Below are positions 17,559 to 28,056 of a DNA stretch of 47,285 nt, in pieces (within the stretch, counting starts at the first letter, position 1; each line of letters starts with the position of its first letter). The stretch covers positions 1 to 47,285 of the forward strand of contig DAOTYP010000156.1 in assembly GCA_034434975.1 (NCBI GenBank), read 5' to 3'. The translations under genes were made by a program, and so were the position numbers. The DNA is from Anaerolineae bacterium (GTDB lineage: Bacteria > Chloroflexota > Anaerolineae > JADYZS01). Below the pieces are notes generated by a model. That model was not told the origin of the DNA. It did not search any database and saw nothing but the letters and a program-made list of their open reading frames with translations.

Positions 17559-18632
17559 TCAGGCCTCGCGTGAAAGCCCCGCCTCGGTGAAGAACTGCTC
17601 CCAGGGGAAGGCCGCCGCCGCCCCTTCCCAGAGGATCCGATACAGGAGCCGCAACAGCGGGAAGTCATCCGGCCCGACCAGGCCGCGCGCCGTCAGGCGG
17701 GGCAACGCGCCGCCGGCAGCGCGGATGATCTCCACGCTCTCTAAGGTCTCCCCTGCCATGCGCCGGCGCGCCTCCTCCAGGCTGAGGCCGGCGCCCAGGA
17801 GGCGTCCTAAGCGCATCGTGCGCCCACCCTGCACCGTCACGAACATGTCGCCGACGCCGGGCAGGCTGGCCACATGCTCCGCCGAACCGCCCAGCAAGCG
17901 AACCATGCGCACCATCTCGGTGGCAGCCTGGGCGAAGAGCGCCGCCGCCGGGTTATGCATGAACGCGTCGCCGTCGGGGCCGCCCGCTTGCTCCAGCAAC
18001 CCTGCCACCAGGCCAACCCCTAAGGCATAGGCGTTCTTCATCGCGGCGCAGATCTCCAGGCTCACGACATCGCCCGTCTGCCATACGTGATAGTAGGAAG
18101 TCTGCAACCAGGCCGCCAGCCTAGGCAGGACCGACGGCGTGCGGGAGCCGAAAACGACGGCGCTGTGGCGGCGCGCGGCCAACTCTCCGGCGATGCAGGG
18201 CCCGCCGATCGCGGCGATAGGCACCCGTTCGCGTATCGGTGCAGGCAGTTCATCGGCCAGCACGTCGGGCAGGATGCGCAGAGCGCCCTCCTCCGTCGCT
18301 TCCAGGCCCTTCGTCACGGCGAGGATCGGGAGGCCTGGCCGTAGGTGAGGCCCCACCGTGCGCCCAAACCACCGAACGCCAGGGGAGCTCACCCCGCTGA
18401 TGACAAGGTCCACGCCGTCCAAAGCCTGGGCCAGTTGGGTGATGAAGAACGGTTCCACCGAGGCGGGCAGCGCGCGTCGCAAGGGGGGATGAACGCGGGT
18501 CGCCAGGCACTGGCGGATGATCTCATCATCCAGATGGGTTCCCACCAACCGAACGGCATGACCGTTATCGGCCAAGGGATAGCAAAGGGCGGTCCCCATC
18601 AGCCCGGCCCCGACGATGGCTACGGTAGCCAT
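17559..18632 (-). CDS. gpsA: NAD(P)H-dependent glycerol-3-phosphate dehydrogenase-like
   Basis: Rossmann N-terminus VAIVGAGLMGTAL. GpsA C-domain motif LEICAAMKNAYALGVGLVAGL. Confidence 0.75.
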   Translation of the reverse strand: MATVAIVGAGLMGTALCYPLADNGHAVRLVGTHLDDEIIRQCLATRVHPPLRRALPASVEPFFITQLAQALDGVDLVISGVSSPGVRWFGRTVGPHLRPGLPILAVTKGLEATEEGALRILPDVLADELPAPIRERVPIAAIGGPCIAGELAARRHSAVVFGSRTPSVLPRLAAWLQTSYYHVWQTGDVVSLEICAAMKNAYALGVGLVAGLLEQAGGPDGDAFMHNPAAALFAQAATEMVRMVRLLGGSAEHVASLPGVGDMFVTVQGGRTMRLGRLLGAGLSLEEARRRMAGETLESVEIIRAAGGALPRLTARGLVGPDDFPLLRLLYRILWEGAAAAFPWEQFFTEAGLSREA

Positions 18633-18692
18633 AACCCTCCCTTACTCAAGATAGCACCAGGGTGAACTCACGCCTGAGCGTTCAGCAGACAT

Positions 18693-20615
18693 TCAATCGG
18701 CCTCCGCCTCGCCTCGCCAGATCAGGCCGCCCAAGGCCAAGGCGTACACCTGTCGGTCGTGGGCGTAGTCCGGCGAGGGGATCACGGCCAATGCAGGGCC
18801 TGGCGAGGGGGCGCCCGCCAGGTGCTGCCAGCGCCTTCCGACATCGCGTGAGGCGAAAACGCCCACAGGGCTGGCCGCGAAGAGGTGCAGCCGCTCGCGG
18901 CCGTCCAGCGCGGCCGCCACGTACAGCGCGGCCGGCCTCTCCGGCGAGAGGGGCTGGGCCGCCAGCTCTATCTCCTGCCCGTGCCCTCGGCCGGCCAGAA
19001 GCGGGGGGCGGTAGACGGCGTTCCCTGCCGCCGCGAACCATTGGCCGTCCTTCGCGTAGGCCGGCGACACCGCCAAAGACACCCATCCGCCCCCGCAACC
19101 CCGCGCCACCATGCGCCGCCAGGAAGCGCCCCGCCGATCCCCGTCCCAAACCTTTAGCCCCCCCTCCTCTGCCGGCACGGCGGCGATGAAAAGGTGGCCG
19201 CTCGTCGGGAAGGTGGGTGAGAGCGCCAACGCGCCGATCGTATGCGCCTCCGGTGGGACCGGCAACGGCTCCCACCTCTCCCCGCGATCGGACGAGAGGT
19301 GAACCCCCTGCCCCCGGGTGCCGACCAGCAAGGTCCCATCGCTGGCGAAGGCCGGCGACAGGGCCAGCGCCTGCGCGGGGAGGTCGCTCACCATCTCCCA
19401 ATGCCGACCGCGATCTCGGCTGCGGCAGATGCCCTCGGCCAGGGCCGCATAGGCCGTGCCATCCCGTGCGAAGTCCGGCGAGAGGGCCAGGGCGACCACA
19501 TCTAGCGACGGCAGGCCGTCCATCGCCTCAAACCAGGTCCTGCCGCCATCCTCCGAGCAGAAGAGGCCCTCGCCCGGCCCGTAGACGAACAGGGTGCCGT
19601 CTTGCGCCAGGGCCGGGGACAGGGCAAAGCCGGCAAAGGCGCGGGCGGCCAGCCCTGTGTTGGCCGGTTGCCAGCGAGCAAGCCCGTCCTCGGCGATCCA
19701 AACCCCCTCTTGGGCGAGCCCTACCAGGGTGGCGGAAGGGGAGGTCGCCAGGCAAAGCGCGCCGGGGAGCGCGGCGCAGAGCGTCCATGTCTCCCCGGCA
19801 TCGCGGGAGACGTACAACCCCTCGCCGGTGAGCGCGAGCACCGTGCGATCCTGCGCGAAGGCGGGCGAGACGGCCAGCCCGTTGACGCTCTCTTCAGCAG
19901 GAAGCCCCGTCAAGGCCTGCCAGGTGGCGCCGCGATCTGTCGAGCGGAACGCCCCGGCCGATTCGGTGCCAGCAAAGATCGTGCCGTCGCTGGCGAAGGC
20001 CGGCGAGAGGGCCAAGGCCAACACCGGCGAGGCCCCGCGCGGGAAGGCCACCTCTCGCCAGGCGCGCCCGCCGTTCTTGCTGCGAAAGAGCGCCGTCGTC
20101 GTGGCCGCGAAGATCGTCTCGTCCTCCTCAAAGGCGGGCGAAACGGCGACCGTTAGGACGTTCAAATCCAACAGGCCGAAGTTCCAGCCGTGCCACGATT
20201 CCCCCCGGTCGTTGGAGCGGAAGATGCCGTCCTGCACCGTGCCGGCGAAGGCGATCCCGTCCCTGGGGAAGGCGGGAGAGAGGGCCAACGCAGAGACGGC
20301 CGCCGTCGGGCCTACCTGAAAACGGCCTGCCAGCCAGGTCTCACCGCCGTCGCGCGACACGTAAGGGCCGCTTTGCGTCCCGGCGAGGAGGGTGTGATCC
20401 TGGTCGTAGCCGGGCGAGACGGCCACCGCCGTCATCGGTTGAAACCCCGGCCCGCCCACTCGCGCCCAGGTGTGGCCCCTATCCGATGAACGGAACAGCC
20501 CCACCCTTGTGGCCGCCCAGCACAGGCCGTCCCGCGCGAAGTTCGGGGAGAAGGCCAAGGCCATGATCGTGCCCCCCATGGGGCCGCCTACCAGTTGCCA
20601 ACGTTCTTTTGCCAT
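18693..20615 (-). CDS. BNR/Asp-box repeat beta-propeller protein (Ycf48/sialidase-like repeats), about 13 blades
   Basis: Reiterated S-x-D-x-G-x-(T/S/R)-W boxes (SSDRGHTW, SRDGGETW, SNDRGESW, STDRGATW, SRDAGETW, SEDGGRTW, SRDRGRHW, SSDRGERW, SRDVGRRW). Each is preceded by LA-h-SP-x-F-x-x-D-x-T-h-F-A. No obvious signal peptide. Confidence 0.8.
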   Translation of the reverse strand: MAKERWQLVGGPMGGTIMALAFSPNFARDGLCWAATRVGLFRSSDRGHTWARVGGPGFQPMTAVAVSPGYDQDHTLLAGTQSGPYVSRDGGETWLAGRFQVGPTAAVSALALSPAFPRDGIAFAGTVQDGIFRSNDRGESWHGWNFGLLDLNVLTVAVSPAFEEDETIFAATTTALFRSKNGGRAWREVAFPRGASPVLALALSPAFASDGTIFAGTESAGAFRSTDRGATWQALTGLPAEESVNGLAVSPAFAQDRTVLALTGEGLYVSRDAGETWTLCAALPGALCLATSPSATLVGLAQEGVWIAEDGLARWQPANTGLAARAFAGFALSPALAQDGTLFVYGPGEGLFCSEDGGRTWFEAMDGLPSLDVVALALSPDFARDGTAYAALAEGICRSRDRGRHWEMVSDLPAQALALSPAFASDGTLLVGTRGQGVHLSSDRGERWEPLPVPPEAHTIGALALSPTFPTSGHLFIAAVPAEEGGLKVWDGDRRGASWRRMVARGCGGGWVSLAVSPAYAKDGQWFAAAGNAVYRPPLLAGRGHGQEIELAAQPLSPERPAALYVAAALDGRERLHLFAASPVGVFASRDVGRRWQHLAGAPSPGPALAVIPSPDYAHDRQVYALALGGLIWRGEAEAD

Positions 20616-20639
20616 GCTCGGTATCCTCGGCGTTGCTCC

Positions 20640-22250
20640 TTATGGGTTGAAGGATTGGTCGGGCTTCTCGCGACGCACCACGACATCAATGGTGAAAGCC
20701 GCCGCTGCGCCGCTCACCGCGCTCTCCAAGGCCGTTGCCAAGGTCAGGTAGGGGTCTACGATGCCCGCCTGGAACATGTCTACCACTTGACCCGTGCGCA
20801 CGTCAAACCCCCAGCCTGGCGGGCTCTCTTGCACCTGCGCGAGGATGGGCGCCGGATCGTAGCCCGCGTTGGCGACGATGGTGCGCATCGGCTCCTCCAA
20901 GGCCCGGTGCAGGATCAAAGCGCCGTACCTCTCCTCTCCGTCCAGGTTCAGGTCGGTCAACGCCTTTTGGCAGGCGAGGAGGGCGGCGCCACCGCCGGCC
21001 ACTACCCCTTCTTTCAAGGCGGTCCGCAGCGACGTTGCCACCCGCTCGGCCAATTCCTTGCGCGCGTTCATCTCAGCCTCCGTGGCCGCGCCTACCCGCA
21101 CCGTCGCGATGCCGCCCATTAATTTGCTCAGACGCTTTTTCACCGGTTCTATGTCTCGTTCATCGTCCAGGTTCTCTAGTTCGGCCCGCACGCTGGCGAT
21201 GCGTTGTCGCAAGGCTATCGGATCGCCCCGGCCCCCCACCAAGCCGAAGTACCGCGCCGTGGCCCAGGCGCGCCGCGCCCGTCCCAGGTCCTCCAATTGG
21301 GCGCGGTCAACCGCCTCGCCGGCGCCCTCCAGAAGCGTGCGCCCGCCGGTGAGGACGGCGATGTCGGCCAAGATCCCTTTGCGGTCCATGCCGTACGAGG
21401 GCGTCCTCACGGCCAAGGCTTTCAGCACGCCGGCCCGATGGTTGGCAACCAGGAGCCCCAGCACCTCGTCCGACACAGCAGAGGCGATGATGGCCAAAGC
21501 CTTGATGCCGGCCCGCACAACCTTCTCCATGACCGGCAAGATCTGCTCCGGCTTCTTGATCTCCAGGTCGGAGATGAGGATCGCCGGCTCATCCAACTCT
21601 ACGATCTGGCGCGTCGGGTCGGTCACGAAATAAGGCGTGAACCAATCGGTGTCCCAATAGACGCCTTCCACGTACTCTCGATCCACCCCGCGGGTGTTGC
21701 TGGATTCTATCTGCACGTAGCCGTCGGGGCCCACGATGTCGTAGGCTTCACCGAGGTAACGCGCCAGTTCGGGGTCGTGGCAGAGCGAGAGGGCGACCTT
21801 GGCGAGCGCGTCCTCTCCCTCCAGGGGCCTCGCCATTTGCTGCAGGGCCTTGCGCACCTCCGCCAAGGCCTGCTCCAGCCCTGCCCGCAGGCGCATGGCG
21901 TTGAAGCCCGCCGCCACATAGCGGTTGGCCTCCCGAAGGATGACCTGGAAGAGGACGGCCGTCGTCGCCGTGCCGTCGGCCACCTTCTCGTGCACCCGCC
22001 ACATGGCGTGCCGCAGGAGCATGGCTCCGGTAGACTCATCCGCGTCAGGGAGTTCCAAGAAGCGGCGGGCGATGGTCGCGCCGTCATCCAGGAGCTCTGG
22101 CGCATAGGAGCGCGAGGTGCGCTCCAAGGCCACCAGGCGGGGAAGAGGCCCCAGGGTTGGGCGGATGAGGGCGGCGAGTTTGTTGGCGCCGCGCTGCAAG
22201 GCTCTGCGGGAGTACGGCGCAAAAACGACACGAAAAGGCGGTCGGCTCAT
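20640..22250 (-). CDS. divergent GroEL/Cpn60-family chaperonin paralog
   Basis: Collinear with GroEL over its full length: TLGP..., ADGTATTAVL, PYFVTD, ILPVMEKV, VRVGAATEAEMNARKE, EGVVAGGGAALL, GIVDPYLT. I prefer the ATG at 22250 (GAGG 7 nt upstream) over the track start at 22295. There is no GGM tail. Confidence 0.8.
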   Translation of the reverse strand: MSRPPFRVVFAPYSRRALQRGANKLAALIRPTLGPLPRLVALERTSRSYAPELLDDGATIARRFLELPDADESTGAMLLRHAMWRVHEKVADGTATTAVLFQVILREANRYVAAGFNAMRLRAGLEQALAEVRKALQQMARPLEGEDALAKVALSLCHDPELARYLGEAYDIVGPDGYVQIESSNTRGVDREYVEGVYWDTDWFTPYFVTDPTRQIVELDEPAILISDLEIKKPEQILPVMEKVVRAGIKALAIIASAVSDEVLGLLVANHRAGVLKALAVRTPSYGMDRKGILADIAVLTGGRTLLEGAGEAVDRAQLEDLGRARRAWATARYFGLVGGRGDPIALRQRIASVRAELENLDDERDIEPVKKRLSKLMGGIATVRVGAATEAEMNARKELAERVATSLRTALKEGVVAGGGAALLACQKALTDLNLDGEERYGALILHRALEEPMRTIVANAGYDPAPILAQVQESPPGWGFDVRTGQVVDMFQAGIVDPYLTLATALESAVSGAAAAFTIDVVVRREKPDQSFNP

Positions 22251-22349
22251 ACGTGAACCTCGGTCTATTTGTGAATTTCTTGCCAAAGATGCCATAACCT
22301 TGACGATATGTCAAGTTAACCCGGCCGCGCCCTGGCGGCAGGCAGGGGC

Positions 22350-22715
22350 TCAATAGGCCCCCAACTCGTGTAGGCGCTCGTCGCTCAAGCCGAAATGGTG
22401 GGCCAGTTCGTGGCGCACCACGCGGGCCACGCGCTCGCGGACCTCGGCGCGGGTTCGGCAAAGCGCCTCAATCGGCTCTTGAAAGATGGTGATCTTATCC
22501 GGCGGCACCAGGCCGTAGTTCGTCGTGCGCGCCGTCCGCGGCACCCCTTCATACAGGCCGAGCAACGTTCCACGGCGGATGCCCGCCTTGCGCAGTTGGT
22601 GGGCCGTGGGCCTGGCCTCCACCACGATCTGCACGTTCTCCACCTTCTCCAGCAGTTCCGGCGGCAACGTCGCCAATGCCTCGGCCACCAGTTGCTCAAA
22701 CTCCACGCGTTCCAT
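22350..22715 (-). CDS. small zincin metallopeptidase family protein (Zincin_1/DUF1025-like)
   Basis: 121 aa. HExxH motif in VRHELAHHFGLSD. The N-terminal FEQLVAEALATLPPELLEKVENVQIVVE is typical of this minimal zincin family. Confidence 0.75.
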   Translation of the reverse strand: MERVEFEQLVAEALATLPPELLEKVENVQIVVEARPTAHQLRKAGIRRGTLLGLYEGVPRTARTTNYGLVPPDKITIFQEPIEALCRTRAEVRERVARVVRHELAHHFGLSDERLHELGAY

Positions 22716-22757
22716 GGATCGCCCCTCTCGTCCCTTCTTTGACGGCAGAAACGCGAC

Positions 22758-24347
22758 TCAGGTTTTCAGGCCCTTGCGGCCACGCAGGATCGCCTTCACC
22801 TGCTCCCAAACTCGTTGCACCCCTTTGGCCTCCTCAGGTTCTATTGGCTCGGGGGTGTAGCGCGCCTTGACGAACTCGGCCGTCAGGTACTCCCATCCCT
22901 CTTGGGCCTCCGGCCATGAGGCATCCAGCAGGGGGGCATGTTCCAGAGGCGTCGCCGCAGGCGGACGCCGCACGCCGTGCTCGGCCGCGCGCCGGAGGGC
23001 GGCCAGGTAGTAGAAGCGCACCCGTTCCCGCGGCGAAAGGGCGCGCAAGCGCAGAAAGCGCCAAGGCGCTGGGGGAGCGATATAAGGGGCCTCCGCCTGC
23101 ACAAGGCGGGCCCACGTCGCGCGCGCCTGGGCCAGCGCCTCGCGCGTGCGCCGCCGCAGCCACAGCCAGATGAAAGCCCATCCCTCGCGCAGGGTGGAAA
23201 CGATCCGCTTTAGGTCAAGGCCTCGGCCGCCCAAATAGTTCATGAGCGCGTAGGCCACGATCACGAACACGATGAGCCAGAAGAGGGACCCGCTCAGCCA
23301 ATCCGGAACGGAAAGGCGACGCCCGCCCTCCGGGGCAGGGGTAGGCAGGGGGAAAGGCCCGATCTCCTCGGTGGGCGCTTCCTGCGCGGAGGGCCAGCCC
23401 AGAAGCCCCATGAGCCAGCCCAAGAGGGCGCTCAGGAGGCCGATCAACGCCACGAAAACCTGCATGAGGGTGAAGAGGATGATCTCCAACCAGCGCCCTA
23501 ACTGCCAGGTGGAGCCCAGGGGAAGGAGAAGGGCTCCCAGGGCCACGCCCACCACGACCGCCAGCGCGTAGCGCGGCCAGCGCGCGACGACCTCGGCGAT
23601 GCCCTGAGCGCGTTGCATCTGCCAGCGGCCTCGCAGCACCGCCAGCCGCCCCTGGCTCAAGAGGAGAAGGCCCCCCAGGAAATAGGTGACCAGCGCCAAC
23701 ACCATGTCCGTCGGCAGGCCTGCGCGCGCGAGGCCGATCAGCCCGCGCCCCAGGCTCCCCAGGTTCACGCGCGAGAGGGCCGCAAGGAGCACCAACACGA
23801 AGCCTCCCCATAGCCAGCGTTCGCTGAAGCGCGCGAGAACCTCGGTGCGTTGCGGCGGCCGCGCGGGCACGTCCCAACGTACCTCGCGGCTGGAGAAGGG
23901 CCGCTCCACCAATTCGTCGGGGCGCAGCGCCAGTTCTACGAAGTCGCCCGCGCTGCTCACGGCGATCACCCAGGCGACGACGGCCAGGAGGCTCACCCCG
24001 ATGAACTCGGCGTCAAAGAACGTCCCTGGCCGGCGCAGCCAGAGCCAAAGGGACGGCGCACGTCCCTGCACACCCAGGGTGATGAGGCGGATCAGCAGGA
24101 AGAGCACGAGGAGCTCGGCCAAGCGGAAGCCGAGGGTGCGGCGGAAGCGCCAGTCGGGGCGGGCCAATTGGTCGGTGGTGTAGGCGGCCTCCCAGGCGAC
24201 GGCGAAGAGGACGAGGGGGACGTAACCGGAAGGCCACGTCGGCGCAAAGGCGCGCGCAAGCGCCAGCATCCCCATCGCAAAGGATGCGCCCAACAGGGCG
24301 ATCAACGTTCGTCGGAAGAAACTGCGGTGCCAAAGGATGTCTATCAT
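22758..24347 (-). CDS. polytopic membrane protein with C-terminal DUF4129-like domain
   Basis: Multiple TM segments. The C-terminal LSPRERVRFYYLAALRRAAEHGVRRPPAATPLEHA...LTAEFVKARYTP resembles DUF4129. Lies 5 nt after the DUF58 stop. Confidence 0.65.
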   Translation of the reverse strand: MIDILWHRSFFRRTLIALLGASFAMGMLALARAFAPTWPSGYVPLVLFAVAWEAAYTTDQLARPDWRFRRTLGFRLAELLVLFLLIRLITLGVQGRAPSLWLWLRRPGTFFDAEFIGVSLLAVVAWVIAVSSAGDFVELALRPDELVERPFSSREVRWDVPARPPQRTEVLARFSERWLWGGFVLVLLAALSRVNLGSLGRGLIGLARAGLPTDMVLALVTYFLGGLLLLSQGRLAVLRGRWQMQRAQGIAEVVARWPRYALAVVVGVALGALLLPLGSTWQLGRWLEIILFTLMQVFVALIGLLSALLGWLMGLLGWPSAQEAPTEEIGPFPLPTPAPEGGRRLSVPDWLSGSLFWLIVFVIVAYALMNYLGGRGLDLKRIVSTLREGWAFIWLWLRRRTREALAQARATWARLVQAEAPYIAPPAPWRFLRLRALSPRERVRFYYLAALRRAAEHGVRRPPAATPLEHAPLLDASWPEAQEGWEYLTAEFVKARYTPEPIEPEEAKGVQRVWEQVKAILRGRKGLKT

Positions 24348-24352
24348 TGCCT

Positions 24353-25534
24353 TTAGGCGTGCCTGCGCAGCGCTTTCTCATCCCAGACGGGGAAGGCCCG
24401 GAAGCCCAGACGATGCGCCCGACTGCGCACTTGCGCGAACTGCCGCTGCGGCTCGCAGATCAGCAAAACGACCACGAACCCCGCGCGCACCAAGGCATGC
24501 AGCGCGGCGCAGGTGGCCTCGTCGCCGTTGGGCGTGATCACCGCCAACGTGACCCCCCAGGGAAGGTCTTGGGTCGCCAGACGCAACCACTGGGCGAGGG
24601 GCGTCGTCTCCTGCGCCTCTACGCGGGCCAGCGCCTCCAACAGTTTCATCAGATGGGCGCGGCCTGCTCGCGGGGGCAAGGCCAAGGGCCTGCCGTCCAC
24701 AGCCAGCGGATCGCGCCCGTTGGTGTGCAACCCCACCGTCTGCCGCTCCGCCACGAGATGGCTGGCGAGGGAGGCAGCCACCACGATCGCCCACTCGCTC
24801 GCGGCGGCCCGCATGGCGTCATCGTACTCTGCCAAGTTCAGGTTGAGGAAGAGCACCGTCGCCAGCGAGATGGCCGGCTCGTATTTGCGCACCAGGAGAC
24901 GTTCCTGCCGGGCGCTCGCCTTCCAATGCATCCGCCGCAGCGAATCGCCGGGGCGGTAGTCCCGCACGCCTACCGTGCGGGCCGGGTCCTCGTAGATCTG
25001 CTGGGGCGTCCGGATGACGCCGAAGGGCGACTTGGAGGGCAAACCGAGGCGGCTGAGAGGGACGATCTGCGGGTAGACCGTTAGGTAGTCGTGCAGGACA
25101 TCTTTGCGCTCCGCGTCGGCGAAACCGAAGAGGTCGCCCGCGCTCAGGAAGAGAGGGCCCAAGGGATAATAGCCTCGGCGACGGCAATCCAAGACATAAC
25201 GCACCACGCCGCGACTCCGCCCGCCCAAGGCCATCACCTGGCGCACGAAACTCGGCTGATGCAGGAGGATCGGCACGATCTCGTTGACCTGGACCCAGGG
25301 CATGGGAAGGCGGCTCCGATTGCGAACCTCAATCTCCACTGCCACCTTCTCATCTAAGAAAGCATGGTCAACGAACCGCCGCTTCACTTCCAGCCCCATC
25401 AGCCCGCGCGTCGTCCACCACCGCGAGAGAACCAGGATGCCGAAGCAAACGTAAACGATGTAGAAGATGAAGTCCAAACGTAAAAGGACGGCCACCAGAA
25501 CCAGCAGCAAGATCAGAAAAGGTAATTCAAACAC
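24353..25534 (-). CDS. DUF58 domain protein (vWA-like, MoxR-system partner family)
   Basis: GTG start 12 nt after the gyrB stop. Two N-terminal TM segments. The signature VRDYRPGDSLRRMHWKASARQERLLVRKYEP is typical of DUF58. Confidence 0.8.
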   Translation of the reverse strand: MFELPFLILLLVLVAVLLRLDFIFYIVYVCFGILVLSRWWTTRGLMGLEVKRRFVDHAFLDEKVAVEIEVRNRSRLPMPWVQVNEIVPILLHQPSFVRQVMALGGRSRGVVRYVLDCRRRGYYPLGPLFLSAGDLFGFADAERKDVLHDYLTVYPQIVPLSRLGLPSKSPFGVIRTPQQIYEDPARTVGVRDYRPGDSLRRMHWKASARQERLLVRKYEPAISLATVLFLNLNLAEYDDAMRAAASEWAIVVAASLASHLVAERQTVGLHTNGRDPLAVDGRPLALPPRAGRAHLMKLLEALARVEAQETTPLAQWLRLATQDLPWGVTLAVITPNGDEATCAALHALVRAGFVVVLLICEPQRQFAQVRSRAHRLGFRAFPVWDEKALRRHA

Positions 25535-25546
25535 CGTTCGTCACAG

Positions 25547-27469
<1,923 letters not shown>

Positions 27470-27505
27470 CTACGTCCGTCTCCGCAAGGCTGGCAGATGA
27501 GGCCG

Positions 27506-27973
27506 CTAGCCCACCTGACCCAGCAGGTAGTTTTGCAGCCCCATCTGCTTGATCTGGCTCACCTGGGCTTCCAGCCAGTCCAGATGGCCTTCCTCGTCCT
27601 CCAGGATCTCCTCCAGCAACTCCCGCGAGCCGTTGTCGCCGGCGTCCAGGGCCAGGCGCACCGCCTCGTTGTACATCTTGACCGCCTCGCCCTCCGCCGC
27701 AAGGTCGTTTTGGAGTTGCGCCGGCACATCGCTTCCGATGTGAATGGCGTTCAACCGGCTGACGATGGGCTGGCCTTCCAGGAAGATGATGCGCGCGATC
27801 AGTTTCTCGGCGTGCTTCATCTCCTGAATGGCGCGCTTCTCGGTCGCCTCGTGCAGCCGACCGTAGCCCCAATTGGCGCACATCTCTGAGTGCACCATGT
27901 ACTGGTTGATGGCCGTCAACTCTTCGGCCAACAGTTCGTTCAGACGTTGGATTACCTTGTCGTTCCCTTTCAT
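27506..27973 (-). CDS. bfr: bacterioferritin
   Basis: Near-collinear with E. coli Bfr. MKGNDKVIQRLNELLAEELTAINQY..., heme ligand Met52 in QEMKHAE, ferroxidase residues, EDEEGHLDWLE, and MGLQNYL. Confidence 0.95.
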   Translation of the reverse strand: MKGNDKVIQRLNELLAEELTAINQYMVHSEMCANWGYGRLHEATEKRAIQEMKHAEKLIARIIFLEGQPIVSRLNAIHIGSDVPAQLQNDLAAEGEAVKMYNEAVRLALDAGDNGSRELLEEILEDEEGHLDWLEAQVSQIKQMGLQNYLLGQVG

Positions 27974-28056
27974 GGCGTCCTCCTAAAGTGAATGTGGGGC
28001 GTGCAAGCGCCTAGTCTCCCTTTGTCGCCGGCCTTTAGGGTCTTCCCGATCTCAGG

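Noticed and set aside
18662-20319. Several 175-240-aa Arg/Pro-rich ORFs on both strands inside the BNR-propeller gene
   Set aside because: These are off-frame products of a repetitive GC-rich gene. The 640-aa frame shows the regular Asp-box periodicity.
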